Positions 17,087 to 26,203 of a stretch of DNA of 64,000 nucleotides are shown piece after piece. The notes under the pieces were generated by a model, which saw only the letters and a program-made list of their open reading frames with translations, made no database searches and was not told where the DNA came from. A program made the translations under genes and the position numbers. Origin of the DNA: Candidatus Geohabitans tengchongensis. GTDB taxonomy: Bacteria > Sysuimicrobiota > Sysuimicrobiia > Sysuimicrobiales > Humicultoraceae. Location: the NCBI GenBank assembly GCA_031459625.1, contig JAVKIH010000001.1, forward strand, positions 117,187 to 181,186, read 5' to 3'. Every line of letters begins with the position of its first letter. Within the stretch, counting starts at the first letter, position 1.

Positions 17087-18553
17087 GTGAGTGAGCCGCA
17101 GGAGAAGTGGGTCAAGGTCGCGGACGGGCGCTGGCGGCGCCTCTCCCGACGCGACTTCCTGAAACTGGCGGTGGCTGGTGCGGCCGGGGCAGGGCTCGCC
17201 GCCACCGGCACCGCGGTCTTCGGTCCCACCATCGTCCGCGCCCAGCCGCGCACGCTGCGCATCCTGACGTGGAGCCACTTCGTGCCGGCCTTCGATGCCT
17301 GGTTCGACCCCTGGGCGGAGCGATGGGGACGAGAGAAGGGGATCCAGGTGACGGTCGACCACATCTCCTTCGCCGACATCGTCCCCCGGGCGAACGCGGA
17401 GGTCGCGGCGCAGCAGGGCCACGACCTCTTTTTCTTCCTGTCGCCCCCGTCGGCGTTCGAGCCACAGGTACTCGACCTGACCGACATCAACCGCGAGGCC
17501 GAGCGGCGCTACGGCCCCATGGTGCCGCTCGTCCGCAAGTCCGTCTACAACGCCAACACCCGTAAGTACTTCGGCTTCTCCGACAACTGGGTGCCCGACC
17601 CGGGCGACTACCTCAAGAGCGTGTGGACGGCCGTGGGCTTCCCCAACGGCCCCGCCACCTGGGACGACCTGCTCGTCGCCGGGCGGCGCATCAAGGAGCG
17701 CTTCCGGGAGATCCAGATCCCCATCGGCATCGGCTTCTCCCAGGACATCGACTCCAACATGGCCACCCACGCCATCATGTGGTCCTTCGGGGCCTCCGAG
17801 CAGGACGCCCAGGAGAACGTGACCGTGAACACGGAGGAGATGGTGCGCGCCGTCGAGTACGGCGTCCGCCTCTTCCGCGAGGTGATGAACCCGGCGGTGC
17901 TCAGCTGGAACGCCGCCAGCAACAACCAGGCGCTGAACGCCCGGCAGACGGCCTACATCCTGAACTCGATCTCCGCCTACCGTACGGCCCAGGACAACAA
18001 CCTGCCGGTGGCGGACGACATCCACTTCGTCCCGGCCCTGCGCGGGCCCCGCGCCCGGTGGGCCAGCGAGCACGTCATGGGGGTGTGGGTGATCTGGCGC
18101 TTCGCCCGCAGCCCCGACCACGCCAAGCAGTTCCTCCTGGACCTGGTGGACAACTACCGGGAGGCGGTGCTGGCCAGCAAGCTGTACAACTTCCCCTCCT
18201 TCATGGGCTCGGTGGCGCCGCGCAACGTCCCGGTGGCCCAGAGGCCCGACGAGGGGCGGAAGTGGGTGCGGGCGGCGGTGCTGCGGGACCCCTTCGGGTC
18301 GAAGCCGGAGAACAAGCTGGCGGTCCTGGCCGACGCCGAGGAGTGGTCCACCAACCCCGGTCACCCGGGCCCGGCCAACCCGGCCATCGGCGAGATCTTC
18401 GACACCTTCGTCATCCCCGACATGTTCGCCAAGGCCGCCACCGGGCAGCTGAGCCCGCGGGACGCAGTGCGCGAGACGGACCGGCGGGTGAAGGCGATCT
18501 TCGAGAAGTGGCGCCGCGCCGGGCTGGTGGGCGGCGGGACCCGGGACCGGTAG
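17087..18553 (+). CDS. ABC transporter substrate-binding protein (carbohydrate family) with a Tat signal
   Basis: RRDFLKLAVAGAAGAG twin-arginine motif. SBP_bac_1-like body. GTG start is 10 nt after AGGAGG. Confidence 0.85.
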   Translation: MSEPQEKWVKVADGRWRRLSRRDFLKLAVAGAAGAGLAATGTAVFGPTIVRAQPRTLRILTWSHFVPAFDAWFDPWAERWGREKGIQVTVDHISFADIVPRANAEVAAQQGHDLFFFLSPPSAFEPQVLDLTDINREAERRYGPMVPLVRKSVYNANTRKYFGFSDNWVPDPGDYLKSVWTAVGFPNGPATWDDLLVAGRRIKERFREIQIPIGIGFSQDIDSNMATHAIMWSFGASEQDAQENVTVNTEEMVRAVEYGVRLFREVMNPAVLSWNAASNNQALNARQTAYILNSISAYRTAQDNNLPVADDIHFVPALRGPRARWASEHVMGVWVIWRFARSPDHAKQFLLDLVDNYREAVLASKLYNFPSFMGSVAPRNVPVAQRPDEGRKWVRAAVLRDPFGSKPENKLAVLADAEEWSTNPGHPGPANPAIGEIFDTFVIPDMFAKAATGQLSPRDAVRETDRRVKAIFEKWRRAGLVGGGTRDR

Positions 18554-18611
18554 GCGGATCGGGGACGGCACCTGGGCCCGGCCGGCGGGACCGCCGGACG
18601 GGACTCGGGGT

Positions 18612-18632
18612 CCGTCAGGTAACGGCTGACGG
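18612..18632 (+). terminator. intra-operon hairpin CCGTCAG-gtaacgg-CTGACGG after the SBP gene
   Basis: 7-bp inverted repeat read from the sequence. Typical position for an SBP/permease expression-ratio attenuator. Confidence 0.3.
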
Positions 18633-18730
18633 CGGCGGGGGTAGTCCGGGGGGGCCCGCAGGCGGGAGGCGGGTCCCGCGGACGCCCCCGCCGCTGCGCC
18701 CGGCGCCGGTGATGGGGTGAAGGGGCAGCG

Positions 18731-19768
18731 ATGGGGTACGTGGAGACGCACGACCTGCACAAGCACTTCGGCGAGGTGCGCGCCGTCGACGGCGTGAACC
18801 TCGATGTCGCCGAGGGGGAACTCCTGGTCCTGCTGGGCCCGTCGGGGTGCGGCAAGACCACTCTCATGCGCATGATCGCCGGCCTGGAGACGCCGACCTC
18901 CGGCCGGATCGTCATCGGCGGGGAGGAGGTGGACGAGGACGTCCCGCCGCGCGCCCGCGGCGTGGCCATGGTCTTCCAGAGCTACGCCCTCTACCCGCAC
19001 AAGACGGCCTTCGGCAACATCGCCTTCCCGCTGGAGGCGCTGGGGCTGGCCCAGGCGCAGATCGCCGAGAAGGTGGACGCCGGCGCCCGCATGTTCGGCA
19101 TCGGCCACCTGTTGCGGCGCCTGCCTCGCCAGCTCTCCGGCGGGGAGCGGCAGCGCGTGGCGCTGGCCCGGGCGGTCGTGCGGGACCCGCGGGTCTTCCT
19201 CTTCGACGAGCCGCTGAGCAACCTGGACGCCCAGCTGCGGGCCATCGCCCGCTACGAGCTGAAGGAATTCCAGCGGCAGATCGGCACGACGACCATCTAC
19301 GTCACCCACGACCAGGTGGAGGCGATGGGGCTGGGCGACCGCATCGCCGTGATGGATCGCGGGAAGGTGCGCCAGATCGGCACGCCCCAGGAGGTCTACG
19401 ACTACCCGGCGGACACCTTCGTCGCCACCTTCCTGGGCTCGCCCCCCATGAACCTGGTGGAGCACGACAGCGAGACGCTGCTGGGCTTCCGCCCGGAGCA
19501 CTTCCTCCCCCGGGAGGTCTTTCCTTCGGAGGAGCCGGTGGTGACCTTCCACCTGCGCGTGCGCCAGATCGAGCACCTGGGCGCCGACCGCCTCCTCTAC
19601 GGGACGCTGGAGGAGCAGGCGCGCCGGGACCAGACGGTGATCGCCGCCCTGCCGGTGACGATCCGCACCCCCATCCAGGAGGGGGAGGTGTACCGCTTCG
19701 CCGTGCCGCAGCGGGCGCTGCGCACCTTCGACCGTGCTACCGGCCGCGCCCGCGACGGCGCCCGCTGA
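18731..19768 (+). CDS. ABC transporter ATP-binding protein (MalK/UgpC-like)
   Basis: Walker A GPSGCGKTT, signature LSGGERQRVALARA, Walker B LFDEPLSNLDA, plus a C-terminal MalK-like regulatory domain. Confidence 0.9.
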   Translation: MGYVETHDLHKHFGEVRAVDGVNLDVAEGELLVLLGPSGCGKTTLMRMIAGLETPTSGRIVIGGEEVDEDVPPRARGVAMVFQSYALYPHKTAFGNIAFPLEALGLAQAQIAEKVDAGARMFGIGHLLRRLPRQLSGGERQRVALARAVVRDPRVFLFDEPLSNLDAQLRAIARYELKEFQRQIGTTTIYVTHDQVEAMGLGDRIAVMDRGKVRQIGTPQEVYDYPADTFVATFLGSPPMNLVEHDSETLLGFRPEHFLPREVFPSEEPVVTFHLRVRQIEHLGADRLLYGTLEEQARRDQTVIAALPVTIRTPIQEGEVYRFAVPQRALRTFDRATGRARDGAR

Positions 19769-19771
19769 CCC

Positions 19772-20719
19772 ATGGCGTTGCGCCGCCAGGCCGGGGAAGC
19801 CGCGCTGGCCCCGCCGCGGGTCGTCGCGCCGCGGCGCACCCTGGCCGACCGGGAGGACCTGCTGGCGCGGATCATGCTCACGCCGGCCCTCCTCTACGTC
19901 CTCCTCCTGGTGGGGCTGCCCTTCGTGCTGGCCATCCTGCTGAGCTTCAGCGCCGCCACGGCCGGCAGCCTGGACTTCACCTGGGTGGGGCTGCGCAACT
20001 TCGCCCGCTTGCTGCCCGACCCGCAGTTCCGCCTGGCGCTGCGCAACACGTTCCTCTTCACCGCCGTCTCCCAGGCCATCGTCATCCTGCTGGCGGTGGT
20101 GGCGGCGAACGTCCTCGACGCCGCCTTCATCGGCCGCCGGGCGGTGCGCTTCCTCCTGCTGCTGCCGTGGGCGGTGCCGGTCTCGCTGGCGGCCATGGCC
20201 TGGACCTGGATCTTCGACTCCACCTTCAGCGTGGTGAACTGGACGCTCAAGGTCCTGGGGCTGCTGCAGGGGTGGCTCTACTGGTTCGGCGACCCCACCC
20301 TGGCGATGATCGCCATCATCACGGTGCACGTCTGGCGGATGTTCCCCTTCGCCACGGTGATCGTGCTCGCGGGGATGACCGCGCTGCCCCAGGAGATCCG
20401 GGAGGCGGCCGTGGTGGACGGGGCCGGCTTCTTCCGCCGGCTCTTCCAGGTGCAGCTGCCCCTGCTGCTGCCCATCGTCACCGTCTCGGTGCTCTTCGGA
20501 GTGGTCTTCACCGCCACCGACCTGGGCGTGGTCTGGCTGCTCACGCGCGGCGGCCCCTACAACAGCACCCACGTGCTGGCCACGCTGGCCTTCCAGCGGG
20601 GGATCCTAGCGGCCGACCTGGGCCAGGGGGCGGCCATCGCCCTCTTCCTGCTGCCGGTGCTGGTGGTGGTGGCCTGGGTGATGCTGCGGACGGCGCGGCG
20701 GACCGAGGTGGGCGGATGA
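19772..20719 (+). CDS. sugar ABC transporter permease (MalF/UgpA-like)
   Basis: Six TM segments. EAA-like loop region. Confidence 0.85.
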   Translation: MALRRQAGEAALAPPRVVAPRRTLADREDLLARIMLTPALLYVLLLVGLPFVLAILLSFSAATAGSLDFTWVGLRNFARLLPDPQFRLALRNTFLFTAVSQAIVILLAVVAANVLDAAFIGRRAVRFLLLLPWAVPVSLAAMAWTWIFDSTFSVVNWTLKVLGLLQGWLYWFGDPTLAMIAIITVHVWRMFPFATVIVLAGMTALPQEIREAAVVDGAGFFRRLFQVQLPLLLPIVTVSVLFGVVFTATDLGVVWLLTRGGPYNSTHVLATLAFQRGILAADLGQGAAIALFLLPVLVVVAWVMLRTARRTEVGG

Positions 20720-21663
20720 GGCGCTGGCAGTCGCGTGACGCCCGCGCCGCGTCAGTGGCCACGCTGCGGGGGACGGGACGGCCAGCCGGGGTTGCCCCGC
20801 GCCGGCGGCGGCGGGCCGTCCGTGCCCTCAAGCGCACCGCCCTCTACCTGGCGGCGCTGGCCTTCACCCTCTTCGCGGTCTTCCCCTTCTACTGGATGTT
20901 CCTCACCGCCTTCAAGACCAACCGCGACCTCTACGTGGGGGCCACCAACCTGCAGCACATCCCCTGGATCTTCAACGAGCCGCCCACCCTGCAGCACGTG
21001 CGCCTCCTCTTCCTGGAGACCCAGTACCTGGTGTGGGTGCGCAACACGGTCCTGGTCGGGGCGCTGGTCGTGCTCATCACCCTGCTGGTGGCGGTGCCGG
21101 CGGGGTACGCCCTGGCGCGCCTGGCCGGGCGCTGGGGCGAGCGGCTGGGCATCGCCATCTTCCTCACCTACCTCATCCCGCCCACGCTGCTCTTCATCCC
21201 CTTCGCCCGGGTCATCGCCATGCTCCACCTGCAGAACACCCTGTGGGCGCTGGTGCTCATCTACCCCACCTTCACCATCCCCTTCTGCACCTGGCTGCTC
21301 ATGGGGTTCTTCCGCGCCATCCCGCGGGACATCGAGGAGCAGGGGATGATCGACGGCTACAGCCGGCTGGCGGTGATCCGCCGGGTGATGTTCCCGCTGG
21401 CCGTCTCCGGGATCCTCACCGCGGCCATGTTCGCCTTCACCCTGGTGATGCAGGAGTTCGTCTACGCGCTGACCTTCATCAGCGCGGTGGGGCGGATGAC
21501 CGTCAGCCTGGGGGTGCCGGTGGCGCTGGTGCGGGGGGACGTCTTCTACTGGGGCTCGCTGATGGCGGCGGCGCTCATCACCAGCATCCCCATCGCCATC
21601 GTCTACAACCTCTTCATCGACCGCTTCATCCAGGGCCTCACGGCCGGCGCGGTGAAGGGCTGA
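20716..21663 (+). CDS. sugar ABC transporter permease (MalG/UgpE-like)
   Basis: ATGA overlap with the upstream permease. The C-terminus (…IDRFIQGLTAGAVKG) is shared with the permease at 55996. Confidence 0.85.
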   Translation: MRRWQSRDARAASVATLRGTGRPAGVAPRRRRRAVRALKRTALYLAALAFTLFAVFPFYWMFLTAFKTNRDLYVGATNLQHIPWIFNEPPTLQHVRLLFLETQYLVWVRNTVLVGALVVLITLLVAVPAGYALARLAGRWGERLGIAIFLTYLIPPTLLFIPFARVIAMLHLQNTLWALVLIYPTFTIPFCTWLLMGFFRAIPRDIEEQGMIDGYSRLAVIRRVMFPLAVSGILTAAMFAFTLVMQEFVYALTFISAVGRMTVSLGVPVALVRGDVFYWGSLMAAALITSIPIAIVYNLFIDRFIQGLTAGAVKG

Positions 21664-21741
21664 TCCGCCGGCCCGCCGGCGCCGCCGGGCGCCATCCGCC
21701 CGCCCGGCCCGGCGTCCGCCCACGCGGACGGGGCCTCCCGG

Positions 21742-23166
21742 TCACTCGTACAGGAGGTAGCGGCTCCGCAGCGCCTCGAACCGGCGCAGCGCCGGTTGCC
21801 AGCGCGCCACGATGGCCTCCGCGGGCAGCCCGCGCGTGAGGTCCACCCGCACCTGCTTGGTCCCCCAGACCACGTCGAAGAGGGCCCGGCCGCGGCGGGG
21901 CAGCCGGAAGCGCAGCTGCCCCGGGTGGAGGTCGCGGATCTCCGCCAGCACGTAGACGGTCGTGGTGGCCGGGCGGAAGGCGGCGCGGTCCGTCACGTGC
22001 AGCCGCACTCCGCGCCACACCCGTCCCGTGCGCGGGTGGGGGACGGCAGAGGGGGAGAAGCGCACCCCCGGCAGCCCGCGGCGGTTGAGGCGGGCGGCCA
22101 GGCGCTCGCCGTCCATCCAGGGCGCCAGCACCACCTGGAAGCGCGAGGTGGTGGCCACCCCGTTCCACAGGTTCGTCCCGTCGAGCGGGCCGGTGGCGGC
22201 GTAGTAGAAGGGGGCGTCGGCGTGGGTGAGGCCCGGGGAGGGGTTCACCCAGGGCAGCCCCGTCTCGGTCCAGGGCATGCTCCGGCTCCACCCCTGCATG
22301 GGCACGACGGTGAGCTGGGCGCCGATGCCGAAGGCGTCGTTGTACAGGCGGGCGAGTTCCCCGAGCGTCATCCCGTGCACCAGCGGGATCGGGTAGAGCC
22401 CGATGAAGGAGCGGAAGGCGGGCTCGAGCACCGGGCCGTCGACGACGGTGCCGCCGAGCGGGTTGGGCCGGTCGAGGACGACGACGGGCTTGCCGGCCTC
22501 GCGGGCGGCCGCCATCACCAGCGCCATCGTGGAGGCGTAGGTGTACGGGCGCGTACCGGCGTCCTGCAGGTCGACCACGAGGACGTCCACGCGCGCCAGC
22601 ATCTGCCGCGTCGGCCGGAAGGCGCCGCCGTAGAGGCTGTACACCGGCGTCCGCGAGGGGAGGATCGCCCCCGGTGCGCCGCCGATGTGGGTGCTGGCCA
22701 CGGGGACGCCCGCGCCCGCACTGCCGTCGAACCCGTGCTCGGGGGCGAAGAGCGCGGTGAGGCGCACCCCGGGCGTGCGGGCCAGCGCCGCCGCGGTGAG
22801 GTCGCCCGCGGCGGTCGTGCCGGCCAGGTGGGTGACCAGGCCGACGCGCTTGCCAGCGAGCGGTGCCGGGTCGGTGAGCAGGGTGTCGGCCCCGAGACGG
22901 ACCTCGGGGCGGAGGTCCGACCCGCCGGCCCACAGCGCCGGGCCCCACGACCAGAGGACCAGGAGGACGACGACCGCGACGAGACGCAAGACGCGAGGGC
23001 TCCGAGACCGGTCACGCGCCGGACCGTGGACCGGTGGCGCGTTGGTCGGTAAGATTCGGTTGATCGCTGACGGGTTCCTGCCCAGGCCCGCCGCCGCGTA
23101 GACGTCTCGTGCAGCCCTGAGGAGGTCTCCTGTGGTGACGCTCCCTCCCGAGGCCTTCGAGGCCAA
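21742..23166 (-). CDS. namZ: DUF1343 protein, exo-beta-N-acetylmuramidase NamZ-like
   Basis: Conserved DUF1343 blocks (VGLVTHLAGT…DVLVVDLQDAGTRPYTYASTMALVMAAA…VLDRPNPLGG). N-terminal TM/signal. True start uncertain (ATG 23166 or TTG ~22989). Confidence 0.75.
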   Translation of the reverse strand: MASKASGGSVTTGDLLRAARDVYAAAGLGRNPSAINRILPTNAPPVHGPARDRSRSPRVLRLVAVVVLLVLWSWGPALWAGGSDLRPEVRLGADTLLTDPAPLAGKRVGLVTHLAGTTAAGDLTAAALARTPGVRLTALFAPEHGFDGSAGAGVPVASTHIGGAPGAILPSRTPVYSLYGGAFRPTRQMLARVDVLVVDLQDAGTRPYTYASTMALVMAAAREAGKPVVVLDRPNPLGGTVVDGPVLEPAFRSFIGLYPIPLVHGMTLGELARLYNDAFGIGAQLTVVPMQGWSRSMPWTETGLPWVNPSPGLTHADAPFYYAATGPLDGTNLWNGVATTSRFQVVLAPWMDGERLAARLNRRGLPGVRFSPSAVPHPRTGRVWRGVRLHVTDRAAFRPATTTVYVLAEIRDLHPGQLRFRLPRRGRALFDVVWGTKQVRVDLTRGLPAEAIVARWQPALRRFEALRSRYLLYE

Positions 23167-23638
23167 CGCGCAGGTGGACCGCCTGCGCCAGGCGGCGTTG
23201 GTGGTGCGGCGCGTCGCTGGCGAACTGCGCTACCACCCCGCCACCGGACTGGCCCGTCGGCCGGAGCCGCCCTTTGAGGAGGCGCTGCGCACGCTGCACG
23301 AGGTCCTGGGGGTGGTGCGCCGCCTGGCCGACCGCTTCGACGCGGAGGAGGCCGCCATCCGCGGTGCCGAGCCGACCGCGCTGGAGGAGGTGCGCGCGGG
23401 GCACCAGCGCGTGCGCGAGCTGGCCGGAGCCCTGGCGGCGGCGCTGCGCGTGCTGGAGGAGGTGCTGGCCCATCCCGAGCGCGCGCCGCTCGATGCGCCC
23501 TACGGGCTGGGGGCGCCGCGCCGTCCCCATCCGGGCGCGCAGGCCACCTGGGTGGCGGAGCGCGCGGAGAGCCTGGCCCGGGAGCTGGCGTACGTGACGG
23601 CGGTGAAGTCTTCAGCCATTCGCGCAGCGAATGGCTGA
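23132..23638 (+). CDS. hypothetical protein (helical)
   Basis: 168-aa ORF with a non-repetitive, helix-like composition. No recognisable motif. Overlaps the 5' end of the ATG-start model of namZ. Confidence 0.3.
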   Translation: MVTLPPEAFEANAQVDRLRQAALVVRRVAGELRYHPATGLARRPEPPFEEALRTLHEVLGVVRRLADRFDAEEAAIRGAEPTALEEVRAGHQRVRELAGALAAALRVLEEVLAHPERAPLDAPYGLGAPRRPHPGAQATWVAERAESLARELAYVTAVKSSAIRAANG

Positions 23639-23647
23639 CCGCTTCGT

Positions 23648-25024
23648 CTACCGCGCCGTATACCCCCGGTAGATCGCAAAGCTCCGGCACCGGTAGAGCA
23701 CCGCCTCCTGTCCCGGGCGCAGCGCGAACGGCCCGACCCGCCGGATGTCCCGGCAGTACAGCCGGAGCGCCCGGTTCCACTCCCCGCCGTCCACGTCCAC
23801 GTAGACTGCGTCCTGGCCGATGAACTCCCCCGGCCGCCGCAGCAGCGCGTAGTAGTCGTGCAGGGTGGTGACCGGCACCCGGCCCCACAGGCGGTAGGTG
23901 AGCTGGCTGGCCGCCTGGTAGCCGTCGATGAGGATGAAGGCGGGACGCGGTCCGCTGCGCGCCGCCGCCGCCGCCGCGGCAGCCAGCCCGTCCCACCGAC
24001 CATTCCCCTCGCGGATGGCCGCCCGGTACGGGTCGACCATCAGCACCACCCCGGCGACCGTGAGCGTGGCCACCGTGAGCGCGGCTGTGAGCCCCGCGGC
24101 CACCAGGGCCCCGCGCCGCGCCGCCGGCCGCAGCTGGGGCCAGAGGGCACCGAGGGCGACCGCCGCGCTCAGGTAGGCGGGGGAGGGCCAGTGGGGTTTC
24201 GCGCGCGCGGCCAAGGCGCTCACCACCACTGCCCCCATGAGCGGCAGCGTCGTCCACGCCAGGTACCGCCAGGCGGGTGCAGCCGCCCGGCGCAGCGCCT
24301 GCCCGGCCGCGGCCACGAGCCAGGGGGCGATGGGGCCGAAGTAGCCCAGCTGGGAAGCGGCGAAGAGCGCCAGGTTGATGGCGGGCAAGCGCGGGGTGAT
24401 CCACACCGGCCCGGCCAGCGCGGTGCGCACCGTCGGCCAGCCGTGCCCGGCATTCCACACCGCCGCCGGGATGACGAGGCCCGCGGCCGCCGCGACCCCG
24501 ACGTACCACCAGGGGTCGCGCAGGCTGCGCCGCCAGGGACCGGTGAGCCAGGCCCCGGCCAGTCCTGCGGCCAGGAGGAGCGCGGTGAGCTTGCTGAGCA
24601 CCGCCGCGCCCACCGCCGCGCCGGCGGGCAGCCACCACCAGCCGCCACGCCTCAGGGCATACCAGCCCGTCCACAGCGCCAGGAGCCAGCAGGTGCCCAG
24701 CGGCCCGTCGGGGAAGGCGAGGGTGCTCGCGGTGGCGACGATGGGCAGGATGCTGACGACGACGGCGGCGCGCACGCCGGTGCGGGCGTCGAAGAGCGCC
24801 CGGCCCACTCCGAAGGTCAGCACGGGCAGCGGCGCGCTGAGCACCAGGAAGGGCCAGCGGATCCCGATGGCACCGTCACCGGCCAGCCGCGTGCCCAGCG
24901 CCACCAGCACCGCCACCATGGGCGGGTGGTCCGGGTAGCTCCAGGCCAGCCGGCGGGACCAGACCCAGTAGTAGGCCTCGTCGTCCATCACCGGCAGCAG
25001 CGCCGCCATCAGCGCCCGCGCCAC
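23648..25024 (-). CDS. glycosyltransferase family 39 (ArnT/PMT-like) membrane protein
   Basis: DDEAYYW motif after the first TM segment. Polytopic body. No canonical start codon lies upstream of the first TM segment, so the start (GTG 25024 or ATG 25009) is unsettled. Confidence 0.65.
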   Translation of the reverse strand: MARALMAALLPVMDDEAYYWVWSRRLAWSYPDHPPMVAVLVALGTRLAGDGAIGIRWPFLVLSAPLPVLTFGVGRALFDARTGVRAAVVVSILPIVATASTLAFPDGPLGTCWLLALWTGWYALRRGGWWWLPAGAAVGAAVLSKLTALLLAAGLAGAWLTGPWRRSLRDPWWYVGVAAAAGLVIPAAVWNAGHGWPTVRTALAGPVWITPRLPAINLALFAASQLGYFGPIAPWLVAAAGQALRRAAAPAWRYLAWTTLPLMGAVVVSALAARAKPHWPSPAYLSAAVALGALWPQLRPAARRGALVAAGLTAALTVATLTVAGVVLMVDPYRAAIREGNGRWDGLAAAAAAAARSGPRPAFILIDGYQAASQLTYRLWGRVPVTTLHDYYALLRRPGEFIGQDAVYVDVDGGEWNRALRLYCRDIRRVGPFALRPGQEAVLYRCRSFAIYRGYTAR

Positions 25025-25086
25025 CGTGCCGGCGAGGACCAGGGCGAGGAGGACCGCAAAGGCGCGGCGCGGTAGGGCGGGCGGAC

Positions 25087-25827
25087 TCAGCAGAGCGCTC
25101 TCGCCCGCAGGAACACCCCGACCAGCATGTCCACCGTGAGGCGGCCGGTCTGGGTGTTCTGGCGGCTGGGGTGGTAGGTGTCGAGGAGGGCCAGCGAGCG
25201 CGCCCCCCACGGCAGCACCACTTCCGCTCCGTGGGCGAAGGCGGGGCGCGGGCGCGGCACGGTCACCCCGGCGCTCTGCGCCGCCGCCAGCACCGCGTCG
25301 TGGGCCAGTCGCCCCAGTGCCACGACGACGCGGAGGTGGGGGAGCGTCACGAGCTCCGTGCCCAGGTAGTCGCGGCAGCGCGCCACCTCCTCCGGGGTGG
25401 GACGGTTGTCCGGCGGGGCGCAGCGGACCGCCGCCGTGAGCCACAGGTCCCGCAGGCGCAGGCCGTCGTCGCGCGCCACCGAGGTGGGCTGCGAGGCGAA
25501 GCCCGCGGCGTAGAGCGCGCGCATCAGGGTCGCCCCGGCGCCGTCCCCCGTGAACATGCGCCCGGTGCGGTTGGCCCCGTGCGCGCCCGGCGCGAGCCCG
25601 ACCACCAGCACGCGCGCCTGCGGGTCGCCGAAGCCGGGGACGGGCCGGCCCCAGTAGACCTGGTCGCGGTAGGCGCGCCGCCGGACGCGGGCGACGGCGC
25701 GGCAATACGCCCGCAGGCGGGGGCAGCGGTGACAGCGGACGATGGCCGCCGCCAGCGCCTTCAGCACCGCCGCCGGTCCCACGGCGGCGGCCACCCCGGC
25801 CTTCCTTGACGCTCCGTTCGCCCGCAT
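25087..25827 (-). CDS. uracil-DNA glycosylase, family 4 (Fe-S type)
   Basis: CHRCPRL…GxAPG…RTGRMFTGDGAG…HPS family-4 motifs. The start may instead be GTG at 25767. Confidence 0.8.
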   Translation of the reverse strand: MRANGASRKAGVAAAVGPAAVLKALAAAIVRCHRCPRLRAYCRAVARVRRRAYRDQVYWGRPVPGFGDPQARVLVVGLAPGAHGANRTGRMFTGDGAGATLMRALYAAGFASQPTSVARDDGLRLRDLWLTAAVRCAPPDNRPTPEEVARCRDYLGTELVTLPHLRVVVALGRLAHDAVLAAAQSAGVTVPRPRPAFAHGAEVVLPWGARSLALLDTYHPSRQNTQTGRLTVDMLVGVFLRARALC

Positions 25828-25835
25828 CCTACAAT
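25806..25835 (+). promoter_or_regulatory. sigma70-like promoter TTGACG-18-TACAAT for tRNA-Val
   Basis: Near-consensus hexamers ~13 nt upstream of the tRNA 5' end. Overlaps the annotated 5' end of the divergent UDG ORF. Confidence 0.5.
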
Positions 25836-25848
25836 GAGCGTGCGTCGT

Positions 25849-25923
25849 GGGCGGTTAGCTCAGCGGGAGAGCGCATGCTTCACACGCATGAGGTCGCAGG
25901 TTCGAGCCCTGCACCGCCCACCA
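25849..25923 (+). tRNA. tRNA-Val (anticodon CAC)
   Basis: Manual cloverleaf. Acceptor GGGCGGT/ACCGCCC, anticodon stem CATGC/GCATG, loop TTCACAC, T-loop GGTTCGAGCCC, encoded CCA. Confidence 0.9.
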
Positions 25924-26203
25924 CCCCGCATCTGTCACGCGGTTTCGCATTTTTGCCCCTTCGGTTATTCACAGAAAACGGCAGGCGCTCACCCCTTTCA
26001 CGACACGGTCGAGGCGTTCCTGCTGGCGAGGCGGGTCGCTGGGTGCACCGAGCCGCGCTCGCCGTGCGCTGGCGCTGCTGCGCCCCTTGTCAGGCTGCGC
26101 ATCGGGTCACCACCCGATCGAGCGGACGGCCATCAGGTTCTGGAACCGTCCCGACGAAATCGTTACACTAGTGCCATTCATAGGCAGTAAAGGAGGAAGG
26201 CCT

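Noticed and set aside
16919-20572. 1217-aa minus-strand ORF
   Set aside because: Runs antisense across the tRNA-Glu/sugar ABC operon. Composition artefact of ~72% GC, with no domain signatures.
18847-21663. 938-aa plus-strand ORF
   Set aside because: Chimeric frame. Only its last 315 codons (from ATG 20716) form the MalG-like permease. The upstream part is an alternative frame of the ATPase and permease genes.
23012-24674. Minus-strand ORFs 23012..23530 and 22515..24674
   Set aside because: Overlap namZ, GT39 and the hypothetical 23132 gene in alternative frames. Pro/Arg/Ala-rich, with no domains.
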